Part shown: in pieces, positions 38,711 to 47,790 of the stretch
Numbering within the stretch: position 1 is the stretch's first letter
Layout: each line of letters opens with the position of its first letter
NCBI GenBank assembly: GCA_902763185.1
Contig: CACWQT010000001.1
Span: 74,722-138,721 of the forward strand
Reading direction: 5' to 3'
Length of the DNA: 64,000 bases
Source of the DNA: an uncultured Rhodospirillales bacterium
Lineage (GTDB): Bacteria; Pseudomonadota; Alphaproteobacteria; RF32; CAG-239
Translations under genes and position numbers: made by a program
Notes under the pieces: generated by a model
The model's database searches: none
What the model saw: only the letters and a program-made list of their open reading frames with translations
Told to the model about the DNA's origin: nothing

Positions 38711-40561
38711 CTATTTTGCGTTTTTCATATATCCCAGGATAGCGATAATTGCCGCTGGTGTAATACCTGATATCCGAGAAGCTTCACCAATAGTTGACGG
38801 ACGCGCTTTATCAAGCTTAGAAACAACTTCACGCGAAAGTCCACCAATTTTACTGTAATCAATATCTGGAAAAATTTTCACCATTTCATCTTTTTTGAAA
38901 ACCTCAATATCGATTGATTGTCGTTTCATATATCCCGAGTATTTCGATTCTATTGCAATTTGTTCATAAACAGCATCATCTATCGTTGCAAATTCCGGAA
39001 TAATTTTTTCTATTGTTTCACGTGAAACATCACTATTCCCCATCAACTCAAAGAGAGTGTGTTTCGGACTATCTTTCTTAAGGGGTAGATTATACTCTTC
39101 TATTTCCATCTTACTGATTTTAATATCTTTTGTTAGTTGGCTGTATTTTTCTATTGCTTCCTTTTTAGCTTTAAATACACCGTATCTTTTTTCAGACACA
39201 CATCCGATTTTATATCCCCTTTCCGTTAATCGCATATCAGCATTATCAGCGCGCAATGATAGACGATATTCAGCCCGAGACGTGAAAACACGGTATGGTT
39301 CATCTACCCCTTTGGTAATTAAATCATCTACCATTACACCAATATAGCTTTCACTTCTGTCGGTATAAAATTCATCTTTATCTTGAGAATACAGTCCTGC
39401 ATTAATACCGGCAAGACAACCTTGAGCTGCGGCCTCCTCATATCCGGTTGTGCCGTTTATTTGTCCTGCAAGGTATAAACCTTTAACTTTTTTGGTTGCC
39501 AAACAATGATTCAGTTCTCGCGGATCCACAAAATCATATTCAATAGCATATGCATAGCGTAAAATCTCAACATCTTCCAAACCTTTTATTGTATGAATAA
39601 ATTCATCTTGAACATCTGCCGGCAAAGAAGTAGATATACCATTCGGATAAACAACATCAGTGTCATAACCTTCCGGCTCCAAAAAAATTTGATGACTAGT
39701 TTTATCGGCAAATTTAACAAGCTTATCTTCAATACTCGGGCAGTAACGCGGACCAACGCCGGTAATCAAACCTGAAAACAGAGCGCATTTAGAAAAATTA
39801 TCTCTAATGATTTTATGGGTTGTTTCGTTGGTGTGTGTAATGTAGCACTTAATTTGAGGCTGTGGCAATTCTTTTGTTAAAAATGAAAATGGTATAGGTT
39901 TTTTATCCCCCTCTTGCTCATCTAATATATCCCATTTAATTGTCTTACCATTCAAGCGGGCAGGGGTTCCTGTTTTCAAGCGACCAACAGATAGGCCGGC
40001 ATCCTTTAAATACGATGTTATACCCTTGCAACTTACGTCATTAACACGTCCACCTATTGTTGTTTTATGTCCAGTAAACATTATGCCGTTTAAAAACGTG
40101 CCTGTCGTTAAAACAACAGCCTTTGCAAAATATTTTTCTCCCTCAGCAGAAACAACACCTTTGATTTCTTTATCGTCGATAATCAACCCTTCAACAGCTT
40201 TTTCTATTATAATTAAATTATCTTGTTCCTGAAGTGCTTCCAGCATGTATTTTTTATACAAATCCCGATCAGCTTGAGCTCGCGGGCCTTGGACAGCCGG
40301 TCCTTTAGAGGCATTTAACATTCTAAATTGTATACCAGCTTTATCAATAACCCTTGCCATAAGACCATCAAGCGCATCAATTTCACGCACCAAATGACCT
40401 TTTCCCAAGCCACCAATAGCCGGATTACAGGACATTTCACCAATTGTATTTATTTTGTGAGTGATTAAAGCTGTTTTTGCACCAGTTCTGGCAGCTGCGG
40501 CTGCCGCTTCGCACCCGGCATGACCACCACCAACAACTATGACATCAAATTTATTCATCAA
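38711..40561 (-). CDS. mnmG: tRNA uridine 5-carboxymethylaminomethyl modification enzyme MnmG
   Basis: FAD motif [12 protein letters not shown], 616 aa; contains a perfect parS. Confidence 0.95.
   Translation of the reverse strand: MMNKFDVIVVGGGHAGCEAAAAAARTGAKTALITHKINTIGEMSCNPAIGGLGKGHLVREIDALDGLMARVIDKAGIQFRMLNASKGPAVQGPRAQADRDLYKKYMLEALQEQDNLIIIEKAVEGLIIDDKEIKGVVSAEGEKYFAKAVVLTTGTFLNGIMFTGHKTTIGGRVNDVSCKGITSYLKDAGLSVGRLKTGTPARLNGKTIKWDILDEQEGDKKPIPFSFLTKELPQPQIKCYITHTNETTHKIIRDNFSKCALFSGLITGVGPRYCPSIEDKLVKFADKTSHQIFLEPEGYDTDVVYPNGISTSLPADVQDEFIHTIKGLEDVEILRYAYAIEYDFVDPRELNHCLATKKVKGLYLAGQINGTTGYEEAAAQGCLAGINAGLYSQDKDEFYTDRSESYIGVMVDDLITKGVDEPYRVFTSRAEYRLSLRADNADMRLTERGYKIGCVSEKRYGVFKAKKEAIEKYSQLTKDIKISKMEIEEYNLPLKKDSPKHTLFELMGNSDVSRETIEKIIPEFATIDDAVYEQIAIESKYSGYMKRQSIDIEVFKKDEMVKIFPDIDYSKIGGLSREVVSKLDKARPSTIGEASRISGITPAAIIAILGYMKNAK
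39014..39029. promoter_or_regulatory. parS: parS centromere site (perfect) inside mnmG
   Basis: Exact TGTTTCACGTGAAACA; encodes DVSRET near the MnmG C-terminus. Confidence 0.85.
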
Positions 40562-40642
40562 ATAAGCCTCTTTTGTGTTTGTTTTCGCGTTATTCTACAT
40601 GTTTTTTTGTAGATTTCAAGGATTATCTCTTACTAAATTTAT

Positions 40643-40671
40643 TGACAAATAAAACTTTTAGTTTATATAAA
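40643..40671 (+). promoter_or_regulatory. sigma70-like promoter for orphan ORF
   Basis: TTGACA - 17 bp - ATATAA about 30 bp upstream of ATG 40703, with AAAGAGG SD. Confidence 0.5.
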
Positions 40672-40702
40672 AACAAAAACACAACCGTTAAAAGAGGCAA
40701 AA

Positions 40703-42040
40703 ATGTCCGATAGGAAAATGTTTATAAATACAGAAAAAGAATTATTGCTCAAAAATTTATTTTATTCTGCCCAAGATAAAAAATTGTTCAAAATGTTTGA
40801 TAAGCAATTAGCACAGCAACGCTTCACGAACATATCGATATTGTCCTCAAATGAAAATATATTAAATTTAAGCGCTATAAGTATAACAATAAACGATTTA
40901 AGAAATATTGTTACCAAGTTCCTTAATACAAAAAAAACAGCTACTATTTTTTCCGGCCGGTCACTCTATGAATTGGTTAAGTTTTCAAACTTATCTTCCC
41001 AAAAAATTAATAATAGCCTTTCTTGTCAAAAAATTTCATCCTTATGCAATAAATTATCAGATGTTTCACATGAAACAACGCACATCAGCTTCGATTTTAT
41101 GATTTTACATATCGCTTGTAATTTAATTACCAAAATTTCCGATGCTGATCATAAGAAAGAATTAATTTTATTAAAAAAAGAAGTTTGCCACAATTTAGTA
41201 GCAAAAAAATATCTACCGGAAGAAAAAAACAAACCGAATACCTACTTATGCTGGATTGATATGTTGCTAAATCTGACCATTTCAGGTGATATATCCATTG
41301 ATAATTATATAGCTATTTGTAATAAAATTATTGCACTTGTTTATTTTAATCCTGATATTTTATGGAAGATATCTTCTGCTACCTCATATTTATTACAGAT
41401 TTCCTATTTTTGTGACGCAACGTGTTTAAGAAATTTTAGAAGAAGAATATTAAACAGTGCATCTACTACAAATTCAAATTGCGAAATCAATGAGCAAAAG
41501 ATATCAAATTTATTAATCCAAACTCTTTCTAATAGCAACATCTGCAAAGAGGATTACTATTGTTTATTTGCTAATATGCTATGTTTCTCGCAAAATAATT
41601 TAAGGGATAAACTTTATTGTCTTAAGATTTTTCATTATCTCTTTTACAGGCATACAATAAAAAGCATTTTTTCATACAGGCATATTCGTGAAAACCTTTT
41701 AAATACACTGTTTAAAATCATAGATAACAATGATAATACAGAAACAGATGAAAGTTCTTTTCTTTTTTTATGTAAACTGCTTATAGATAAAGAAAATTTC
41801 GAATCTCATTTTAATAATCTTTACAATGCGGCTCTTTTTATACTAAAAAGGATCGGTAATAACCCCGCCAATACAACGCCTCAAAAATTCTATAAATACT
41901 GTAGCATTTTAGACTATTTAGCCAAGAGAAACAAACTCAATACAAACGTTTGTTTGCCAGAAATTTTAGCCAACTCAAATCACCAAACCAAATTAATAAA
42001 GAAACATCTAAAAACACTGACATTTAAATACAGCGTTTAA
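40703..42040 (+). CDS. orphan hypothetical protein (445 aa, Leu/Asn/Cys-rich, no TM) inserted between mnmG and mnmE
   Basis: Long ORF with own promoter and SD; no recognisable domain; interrupts the otherwise conserved mnmE-mnmG adjacency. Confidence 0.6.
   Translation: MSDRKMFINTEKELLLKNLFYSAQDKKLFKMFDKQLAQQRFTNISILSSNENILNLSAISITINDLRNIVTKFLNTKKTATIFSGRSLYELVKFSNLSSQKINNSLSCQKISSLCNKLSDVSHETTHISFDFMILHIACNLITKISDADHKKELILLKKEVCHNLVAKKYLPEEKNKPNTYLCWIDMLLNLTISGDISIDNYIAICNKIIALVYFNPDILWKISSATSYLLQISYFCDATCLRNFRRRILNSASTTNSNCEINEQKISNLLIQTLSNSNICKEDYYCLFANMLCFSQNNLRDKLYCLKIFHYLFYRHTIKSIFSYRHIRENLLNTLFKIIDNNDNTETDESSFLFLCKLLIDKENFESHFNNLYNAALFILKRIGNNPANTTPQKFYKYCSILDYLAKRNKLNTNVCLPEILANSNHQTKLIKKHLKTLTFKYSV
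41053..41068. promoter_or_regulatory. parS: parS-like site (1 mismatch, TGTTTCACATGAAACA) inside orphan ORF
   Basis: 15/16 match to parS; encodes DVSHET. Confidence 0.6.
41698..41716. repeat. 19-bp repeat copy TTTAAATACACTGTTTAAA inside orphan ORF (encodes LNTLFK)
   Basis: Exact family match. Confidence 0.7.
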
Positions 42041-42041
42041 A
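42023..42041. repeat. 19-bp repeat copy TTTAAATACAGCGTTTAAA spanning orphan-ORF stop, 1 bp from the mnmE stop
   Basis: Family match with flanks catTTTAAA...TTTAAAtta identical to the 45446 copy. Confidence 0.7.
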
Positions 42042-43379
42042 TTATTTACCAATACAAAAACTGGAAAAGATATTATCCAAAATTTCATCTACCTTGACAA
42101 GACCGGTTATTGAACCAAGAGAGCGGCAAGCAAGACGAATATCTTCTGCTGATAATTCTATTTCTTTATTTAAGGAAAAGCGATTCAAATTATCTAAACA
42201 ATCTTTAAGTGCTTCTCGGTAGCGTTGACGAGTTATAAGATTTCCTGAGGAAGGGGTGAACTTTTCTTTAATAAAAGATACTAATTCATCTACTAAAATA
42301 TTAATACCGTTCTGATATTTTGCAGATATTAATATGTGGTTACTTTGTTTTATTCTTTCTTTTTGTTCTTCCGATAATTTATCGGCTTTATTGGCTACAT
42401 AAAAAACTTTTTCTACATCATTCGGCAATAATGTATTATCAAAATCCCCCACTGAGGCATCATACAAAGCTAATACAGCATCAGCTTCTTTTATTTTATT
42501 TAAGGCAATTTCTATACCCTGCTTTTCTATTTCATTATCAGCATTTCTTATCCCGGCGGTATCAGTAATAATAACAGGATATCCTTTGATATCTAAACTG
42601 ATATCTACAGCATCACGGGTGGTGCCGGCAATATCCGAAACAATCATGGTATTATTTTTAGTAAGTGCATTTATCAGGCTTGATTTACCTGCATTAGCAG
42701 CACCTGCCACGACAATTCTAAAACCATTTTTGAGTCTTTCATTTACATTATTACCCTCTAAATGTTTCTCTATTTCTTCACGCACTTTAAATACAGTGTT
42801 TAAAATACTTTCAGATAAATTATCCGGTATTTCTTCATCAGGGAAATCGATGTATGCCTCAAGATAAGATAGAATTTTTACTAAACTTTCACGCCATGAA
42901 TAGTATAGATTTTTTAAATTACCACTCATTTGTTTAATAGCATATTTTTGCTGTTCTGAGGTTTCAGCATCAATCAGGTCAGCCAAACCCTCGGCTTCTG
43001 TTAAATCCATTTTATTATTATGAAAAGCACGTTTTGAAAATTCTCCAGCCTCAGCTAAACGGACATTCTCAAAACCGGATAAAAGTTTAAATACACTGTT
43101 TAAAACAGCTTTTGACCCATGGCATTGAATTTCTAACACATCTTCTCCGGTAAAAGAATGCGGTGCATTAAAATATAAAATCAGACATTTATCTATTGTT
43201 TCACGTGTAACATTATTTTTGAGATCAATAAAATAAGCGTATCGTGGCTTGATTTTTTTTATATCCAAATAGGTAATTTGCGAGATAATATTTTTTACCT
43301 CATTACCGGATATACGTATCACAGCAACACCTGATTTTCCATAAACCGTTGATAAAGCATATATTGTTTTATTATCCAT
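42042..43379 (-). CDS. mnmE: tRNA modification GTPase MnmE
   Basis: G1 GAANAGKSSL, C-terminal FCIGK. ORF track start 43427 is a TTG with no SD; the ATG at 43377-43379 has a GAGGTG SD and gives canonical N-terminus MDNKTIYALST. Confidence 0.9.
   Translation of the reverse strand: MDNKTIYALSTVYGKSGVAVIRISGNEVKNIISQITYLDIKKIKPRYAYFIDLKNNVTRETIDKCLILYFNAPHSFTGEDVLEIQCHGSKAVLNSVFKLLSGFENVRLAEAGEFSKRAFHNNKMDLTEAEGLADLIDAETSEQQKYAIKQMSGNLKNLYYSWRESLVKILSYLEAYIDFPDEEIPDNLSESILNTVFKVREEIEKHLEGNNVNERLKNGFRIVVAGAANAGKSSLINALTKNNTMIVSDIAGTTRDAVDISLDIKGYPVIITDTAGIRNADNEIEKQGIEIALNKIKEADAVLALYDASVGDFDNTLLPNDVEKVFYVANKADKLSEEQKERIKQSNHILISAKYQNGINILVDELVSFIKEKFTPSSGNLITRQRYREALKDCLDNLNRFSLNKEIELSAEDIRLACRSLGSITGLVKVDEILDNIFSSFCIGK
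42786..42804. repeat. 19-bp repeat copy TTTAAATACAGTGTTTAAA inside mnmE (encodes LNTVFK on the minus strand)
   Basis: Exact consensus. Confidence 0.75.
43086..43104. repeat. 19-bp repeat copy TTTAAATACACTGTTTAAA inside mnmE (encodes LNSVFK)
   Basis: Exact family match; central CAGTG/CACTG inverted relative to other copies. Confidence 0.75.
43197..43212. promoter_or_regulatory. parS: parS-like site (1 mismatch, TGTTTCACGTGTAACA) inside mnmE
   Basis: 15/16 match; encodes NVTRET. Confidence 0.6.
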
Positions 43380-43409
43380 TTTACACCTCGTTTTTATCTC
43401 TCTAGCAAA

Positions 43410-43420
43410 TGTATTTAAAT
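43410..43420. repeat. half-site of 19-bp repeat (TGTATTTAAAT) in the mnmE promoter spacer
   Basis: Matches the TTTAAATACA arm; lies between a TTGACT -35-like hexamer and the mnmE SD. Confidence 0.3.
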
Positions 43421-43500
43421 TAGTCAAAGGTTTTATTATATAAGCTTTTTTAACTCTTGTTTGATAAAATAGATACAGATTGATTTTTAAGGATAATTAA

Positions 43501-44163
43501 ATGAAGAAAAATTTGGTTATTTGGGATTTTGACGGTGTTATAGCTGATAGTGAAAAAATTTGGATTAAAAATCGACAAGAAGCCGTTAATAAATTATTTC
43601 ATCTTAATTGGGATTTTCAGACAACAAATAAATATCTTGGCGGAATGGGGGATAAAACTAAGCGACAGGTTTTAGATACCATGGGTTACAAAACCGATGA
43701 TGCCTTTTGGAAGGATCAATTAGAAATGGATATGGCAATTATGCGGCGTGACGGTTTAGAAATAACACCATATGTTGAAGAAATTATCAAAAAGTTACCT
43801 AAGCAATGTGTCGCTACCGGTGGAATTAAAAGCAAAACAATTGTTAAATTAGAAGTTATCGGATTTTGGAATAAATATTTTAATGATGACAATTTATTTA
43901 CCATAGATATGGTTAAAAACGGTAAACCTGAACCGGATTTATTTCTTTTAGCGGCAAAGACTATGAATGAACTCCCAAAAGATTGTGTTGTGATAGAAGA
44001 TTCCGTTGCCGGTATTACTGCCGCACAAAGAGCCGGTATGGATGTTATTGCATTTTTAGGATGCGAAATGTATCATAACAACACATATCTAGAACGTGTT
44101 AAACAAACCGGAGTTAAAAATATTTGCTTTGATATGAGAGAAGTTAAAAAAATACTGCTATAA
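43501..44163 (+). CDS. HAD-superfamily hydrolase (beta-phosphoglucomutase-like)
   Basis: DxDG motif VIWDFDGVIADSE, C-terminal ED..AGI..A block. Confidence 0.75.
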   Translation: MKKNLVIWDFDGVIADSEKIWIKNRQEAVNKLFHLNWDFQTTNKYLGGMGDKTKRQVLDTMGYKTDDAFWKDQLEMDMAIMRRDGLEITPYVEEIIKKLPKQCVATGGIKSKTIVKLEVIGFWNKYFNDDNLFTIDMVKNGKPEPDLFLLAAKTMNELPKDCVVIEDSVAGITAAQRAGMDVIAFLGCEMYHNNTYLERVKQTGVKNICFDMREVKKILL

Positions 44164-44185
44164 ACTCCAATAATTTTTACTTAAT

Positions 44186-45340
44186 TTATTTTTTAGTATT
44201 TTTAAGGGCAACAAAAAACAGACTGTTACTCGTTAAAGCCAAAATATAAAAACACAGCATGGCGGTATAAGGGTTGGTCATATCTGCCAACATTCCGATT
44301 AAAACGGCGCACAGCGAATAAAACAGCGAGCCGAACAAGGAAACAATTGATAAAATGGTGGCTCTTTCTTGTGCACTGCAATCATTTTGAATTAAGGTAT
44401 CTTGCGCCGGTTCTTTCAAACCGCTACAAAACGTAGAGATGATTTTAATAACCGGACTCCATACACTTGCCGCCAACACCGAAATAATGTTATTTAAGTT
44501 ATCGCAACAAGCTCCAAACAGAATGGTAAATTTCAAGCCCCAACGCTTGGCCAATAAAAAAGAAAAATAGTTGCCGAGACTGTTGGCAAAATGTCCGATA
44601 CTTCTGAATATTCCCAAACTCCACTCCGGTACAAATTGCTTGAAAAATACGGAATTAAAGTCAAAAGCGGCTTCGTTTAATCCATAATGCAAAGTTTCGG
44701 CCAAAGATATGGTTCTTAATCTCTTATGTTTGAGTAGATATTTTAAGGATTTTAATATGTGTAAAATGTTTGTGTTGTTGTCCTTATACGTCTTTTTAGG
44801 CTCAACTATTTTTATGGTTATTATAAAGGCAATAACTGCAGGTGCAATACTTGCTATCATCACGGCACGCAGAGATATAAAAACAAACACCATTCCGAGC
44901 AAAGAACCTAATGCCAAAGAAAGTTGCGATAATGATGTATTTTTAGAGATTTCTTGATGATAATCGTCTTTGCGATTTATCTGCACAAGACTGTCATAAA
45001 GCAACGCACTATTATTTCCGCTCGCTAGGGCTGAAGATAGCCCGTTTAATACCGAAGCAAAGGCCAATACGAAATAGTTTCCTGCAATAGCATAGAAAAT
45101 AAAAGATACTAACATAAATCCTGTGCCGGCACAACAAACCCATTTTCTACCCCATTTATCCGAAAGACATCCGGTCGGAACTTCTAAAAGAGTAATAGAT
45201 ATGTTTTGAATGGCAAAAAGGCTCATTGCCTCAACCAAACTGTCGCAAACTTGTGCAAAGAACAGAACTTTTATCGGATAAAATAAAATGAAACTATCCC
45301 AAAAACTGTGCCAATGCAGATATTTTATATTCTTTTCCAT
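44186..45340 (-). CDS. MFS transporter
   Basis: 12 predicted TM, MFS signature GCLSDKWGRK. Confidence 0.75.
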   Translation of the reverse strand: MEKNIKYLHWHSFWDSFILFYPIKVLFFAQVCDSLVEAMSLFAIQNISITLLEVPTGCLSDKWGRKWVCCAGTGFMLVSFIFYAIAGNYFVLAFASVLNGLSSALASGNNSALLYDSLVQINRKDDYHQEISKNTSLSQLSLALGSLLGMVFVFISLRAVMIASIAPAVIAFIITIKIVEPKKTYKDNNTNILHILKSLKYLLKHKRLRTISLAETLHYGLNEAAFDFNSVFFKQFVPEWSLGIFRSIGHFANSLGNYFSFLLAKRWGLKFTILFGACCDNLNNIISVLAASVWSPVIKIISTFCSGLKEPAQDTLIQNDCSAQERATILSIVSLFGSLFYSLCAVLIGMLADMTNPYTAMLCFYILALTSNSLFFVALKNTKK

Positions 45341-45418
45341 ATTAAAGCTCTTTGATTTACCTTCAATTCATAATTATATTTTAACAAAATTTTATACAAA
45401 GCAAACAAAAAATCCGCA

Positions 45419-45433
45419 AAGGTTATTAACCTT
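45419..45433. promoter_or_regulatory. 15-bp perfect palindrome AAGGTTA-T-TAACCTT upstream of the MFS transporter gene
   Basis: 7-bp arms around a single centre base; about 80 bp upstream of the MFS start (minus strand). Confidence 0.35.
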
Positions 45434-45445
45434 AACGGATACACA

Positions 45446-45464
45446 TTTAAATACAGTGTTTAAA
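45446..45464. repeat. 19-bp repeat copy TTTAAATACAGTGTTTAAA immediately 3' of the rho stop codon
   Basis: Exact consensus, ends 1 bp before the rho stop (45465-45467). Confidence 0.75.
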
Positions 45465-46718
45465 TTAACTATTCATTGTATCAAAGAAGTCTTGATTATC
45501 TTTGGTATTACGCAACTTCTCAAGTAAGAATTCCATACCGTCGGTCATTCCCATTTGCATCAGCACACGGCGGAGAACCCACATTTTACTTAACGTTGCT
45601 TTATCAACCAATAACTCCTCTTTACGTGTTCCGGAACGCGTTACATCAATGGTCGGGAAGAGACGCTTATCGGTTAATTTTCTATCCAAAATAATCTCAG
45701 AGTTACCTGTACCTTTAAATTCTTCAAAAATAACTTCATCCATACGTGAGCCTGTATCAATCAGTGCTGTTGCAATAATGGTTAAAGAACCACCTTCTTC
45801 AACATTACGCGCAGCACCTAATAAACGCTTCGGGCGTTGAAGGGCATTAGCATCTACACCACCGGTTAAAACTTTACCGGATGAAGGTACAACTGTGTTA
45901 TATGCACGACCTAAACGAGTAATAGAATCGAGTAAAATAACGACATCTTTTTTATTTTCAACCAAACGCTTCGCTTTTTCTATTACCATTTCAGCAACCT
46001 GAACATGACGAGATGCCGGTTCATCAAAAGTTGAGGATATAACTTCACCTTTAACTGAGCGTGTCATATCTGTCACTTCTTCCGGACGCTCATCAATCAA
46101 CAAAACAATTAAAAAGATTTCCGGATGATTGGTTGCAATCGCATGAGCTATATTTTGTAACATAACCGTTTTACCGGTTCTCGGTGGTGCCACAATCAAA
46201 CCACGCTGTCCTTTACCTTGCGGAGAAATTAAATCAATAACCCGAGTGGTATAATCTTTATCTCCGCAGATAATATCAAAATTAAGTTTCTCGGTCGGAT
46301 AAAGAGGGGTTAAGTTATCAAAATTAACCCGTAATTTAGATTTTTCCGGATCATCGTAGTTAATGGTATTAATTTTAGTCAAAGCAAAATAACGTTCATT
46401 TTCTTTTGGGGCGCGAATTTCACCTTCTACCGTATCACCGGTTCTTAAACCGTATCTTTTGACCTGTTGAGGAGACACATAAATATCATCAGCAGACGCA
46501 AGATAGTTTGACTGGGCTGAACGCAAGAATCCAAATCCATCTTGCATAACCTCTATTACACCATCGCCATAAATAATGTTGTCATCATCTGCAACTTTTT
46601 TCATAATTGCAAAAACGAGGTCTTGAACGCGCATAGATGAAGCGTCTTCAACTCCTAACTCTTCAGCTTGACTAAGAAGCTCTTTAGGGGATTTATCTTT
46701 TAAATCTTTTAAATGCAT
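45465..46718 (-). CDS. rho: transcription termination factor Rho
   Basis: OB-fold RNA-binding domain, Walker A GKTVMLQ, 417 aa. Confidence 0.95.
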   Translation of the reverse strand: MHLKDLKDKSPKELLSQAEELGVEDASSMRVQDLVFAIMKKVADDDNIIYGDGVIEVMQDGFGFLRSAQSNYLASADDIYVSPQQVKRYGLRTGDTVEGEIRAPKENERYFALTKINTINYDDPEKSKLRVNFDNLTPLYPTEKLNFDIICGDKDYTTRVIDLISPQGKGQRGLIVAPPRTGKTVMLQNIAHAIATNHPEIFLIVLLIDERPEEVTDMTRSVKGEVISSTFDEPASRHVQVAEMVIEKAKRLVENKKDVVILLDSITRLGRAYNTVVPSSGKVLTGGVDANALQRPKRLLGAARNVEEGGSLTIIATALIDTGSRMDEVIFEEFKGTGNSEIILDRKLTDKRLFPTIDVTRSGTRKEELLVDKATLSKMWVLRRVLMQMGMTDGMEFLLEKLRNTKDNQDFFDTMNS

Positions 46719-47205
46719 GGGAATACCTTGAAATAGGTTAGTGAAATTTAAAATTTTTTTGTTATTCTTTTTATAGCTAAAAGTTTTTAAGAGTCAATTA
46801 TTTTATTGATTAGAATAAAGACGGTTTTTTTTGAAAAAATGTTTTGCACAGGTCTTTTTCATTAAATTATTAATTAATTTTTTTGTTTTTATTTGTTAAA
46901 GGCTGTTAATATTGTGAATAAAATTTTATCCATAGATTTTTACACAAAATTTAGTATGTTGTTAGAAAACTTGTGTGCGAATCTAAAAAATTGTTTTTAA
47001 AACAAAAATTTGATTAAAAATAAATAATGTTTATAAGTAGCAGTTATAAACAAAATTAACAGTTGTGAACATCATCAAAGAAAAATGTTAATAAGTTTTG
47101 TTTCTTTTTTGGGAAATGGTGATAAATTTGATAATAATTTTATAAGAGATATATTTATGCACAACAGGACTTCAAGATGTGAATAAAAATTTTTTAGAGG
47201 ATAAA

Positions 47206-47790
47206 ATGAAATTTGTGGCAATAACAGGGTCTATCGGTTGCGGTAAAACAACAATATCAAATATATTAAGAGCGCAAGGGTATCTTGTTTATGATATAGA
47301 TAAATGGGTGAAATATCTTTATTATAAAAAAGAATTTTTGGAAATTATAAGAAAATCTTTTCCGGAAGTTTTTGAAAGTGATGTTTTTAATAAAAGAAAG
47401 CTAAGAACATTAGTTTTTGACCATCCGCAGAAATTAAAAATGTTAGAGGCTATTATTCATCCTATTTTGCGGCAGAATTTAAGAAAAATAATAAGAAGGA
47501 ACAAAAACTATGGTTTAGTGTTTGTTGATGTAGCCCTTCTTTTTGAAATGGGTTGGGATAAATATTTTGATTATATAATTTTGGCTGATGTAGATAAAGA
47601 AACACAAAAGCAACGCGTGATAAAGAGAGATAACATTACCGCAGAGGCTTTTGATAAAATAAACAATATTCAGCTTTCAAGAGAAGATAAAAAAGATAAA
47701 GTGGATTTTATTATTGATACCGGCGTTAGTTTTGATAAATTAAGAGGTAAAGTTATTAAGATTGTAGAGGAATTGGAAAATGCTGGGTAA
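47206..47790 (+). CDS. coaE: dephospho-CoA kinase
   Basis: MKFVAITGSIGCGKTT P-loop; ORF opens at a GTG at 47179, but the ATG at 47206 has a GAGGA SD. Confidence 0.85.
   Translation: MKFVAITGSIGCGKTTISNILRAQGYLVYDIDKWVKYLYYKKEFLEIIRKSFPEVFESDVFNKRKLRTLVFDHPQKLKMLEAIIHPILRQNLRKIIRRNKNYGLVFVDVALLFEMGWDKYFDYIILADVDKETQKQRVIKRDNITAEAFDKINNIQLSREDKKDKVDFIIDTGVSFDKLRGKVIKIVEELENAG

Noticed and set aside
40567-40697. 9-bp inverted repeat GCCTCTTTT / AAAAGAGGC flanking the mnmG/orphan intergenic region
   Set aside because: These are the mirror-image Shine-Dalgarno regions of two divergent genes, not a structural element.
41698-45464. 19-bp repeat as CtrA boxes (TTAA-N7-TTAA)
   Set aside because: The two TTAA tetramers are separated by 9 nt, not 7; motif conservation extends over the centre, unlike CtrA sites.
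41698-45464. 19-bp repeat as a dif/XerCD site
   Set aside because: No similarity to alphaproteobacterial dif, and there are multiple copies; dif is single-copy and terminus-located.
35657-45464. In-frame occurrence of both palindromes read as evidence for selection on a peptide motif
   Set aside because: Both palindromes contain stop codons in the other frames on both strands (TAA for the 19-mer, TGA for parS), so any copy tolerated inside a gene must use the observed frame; the peptide identity is a by-product.
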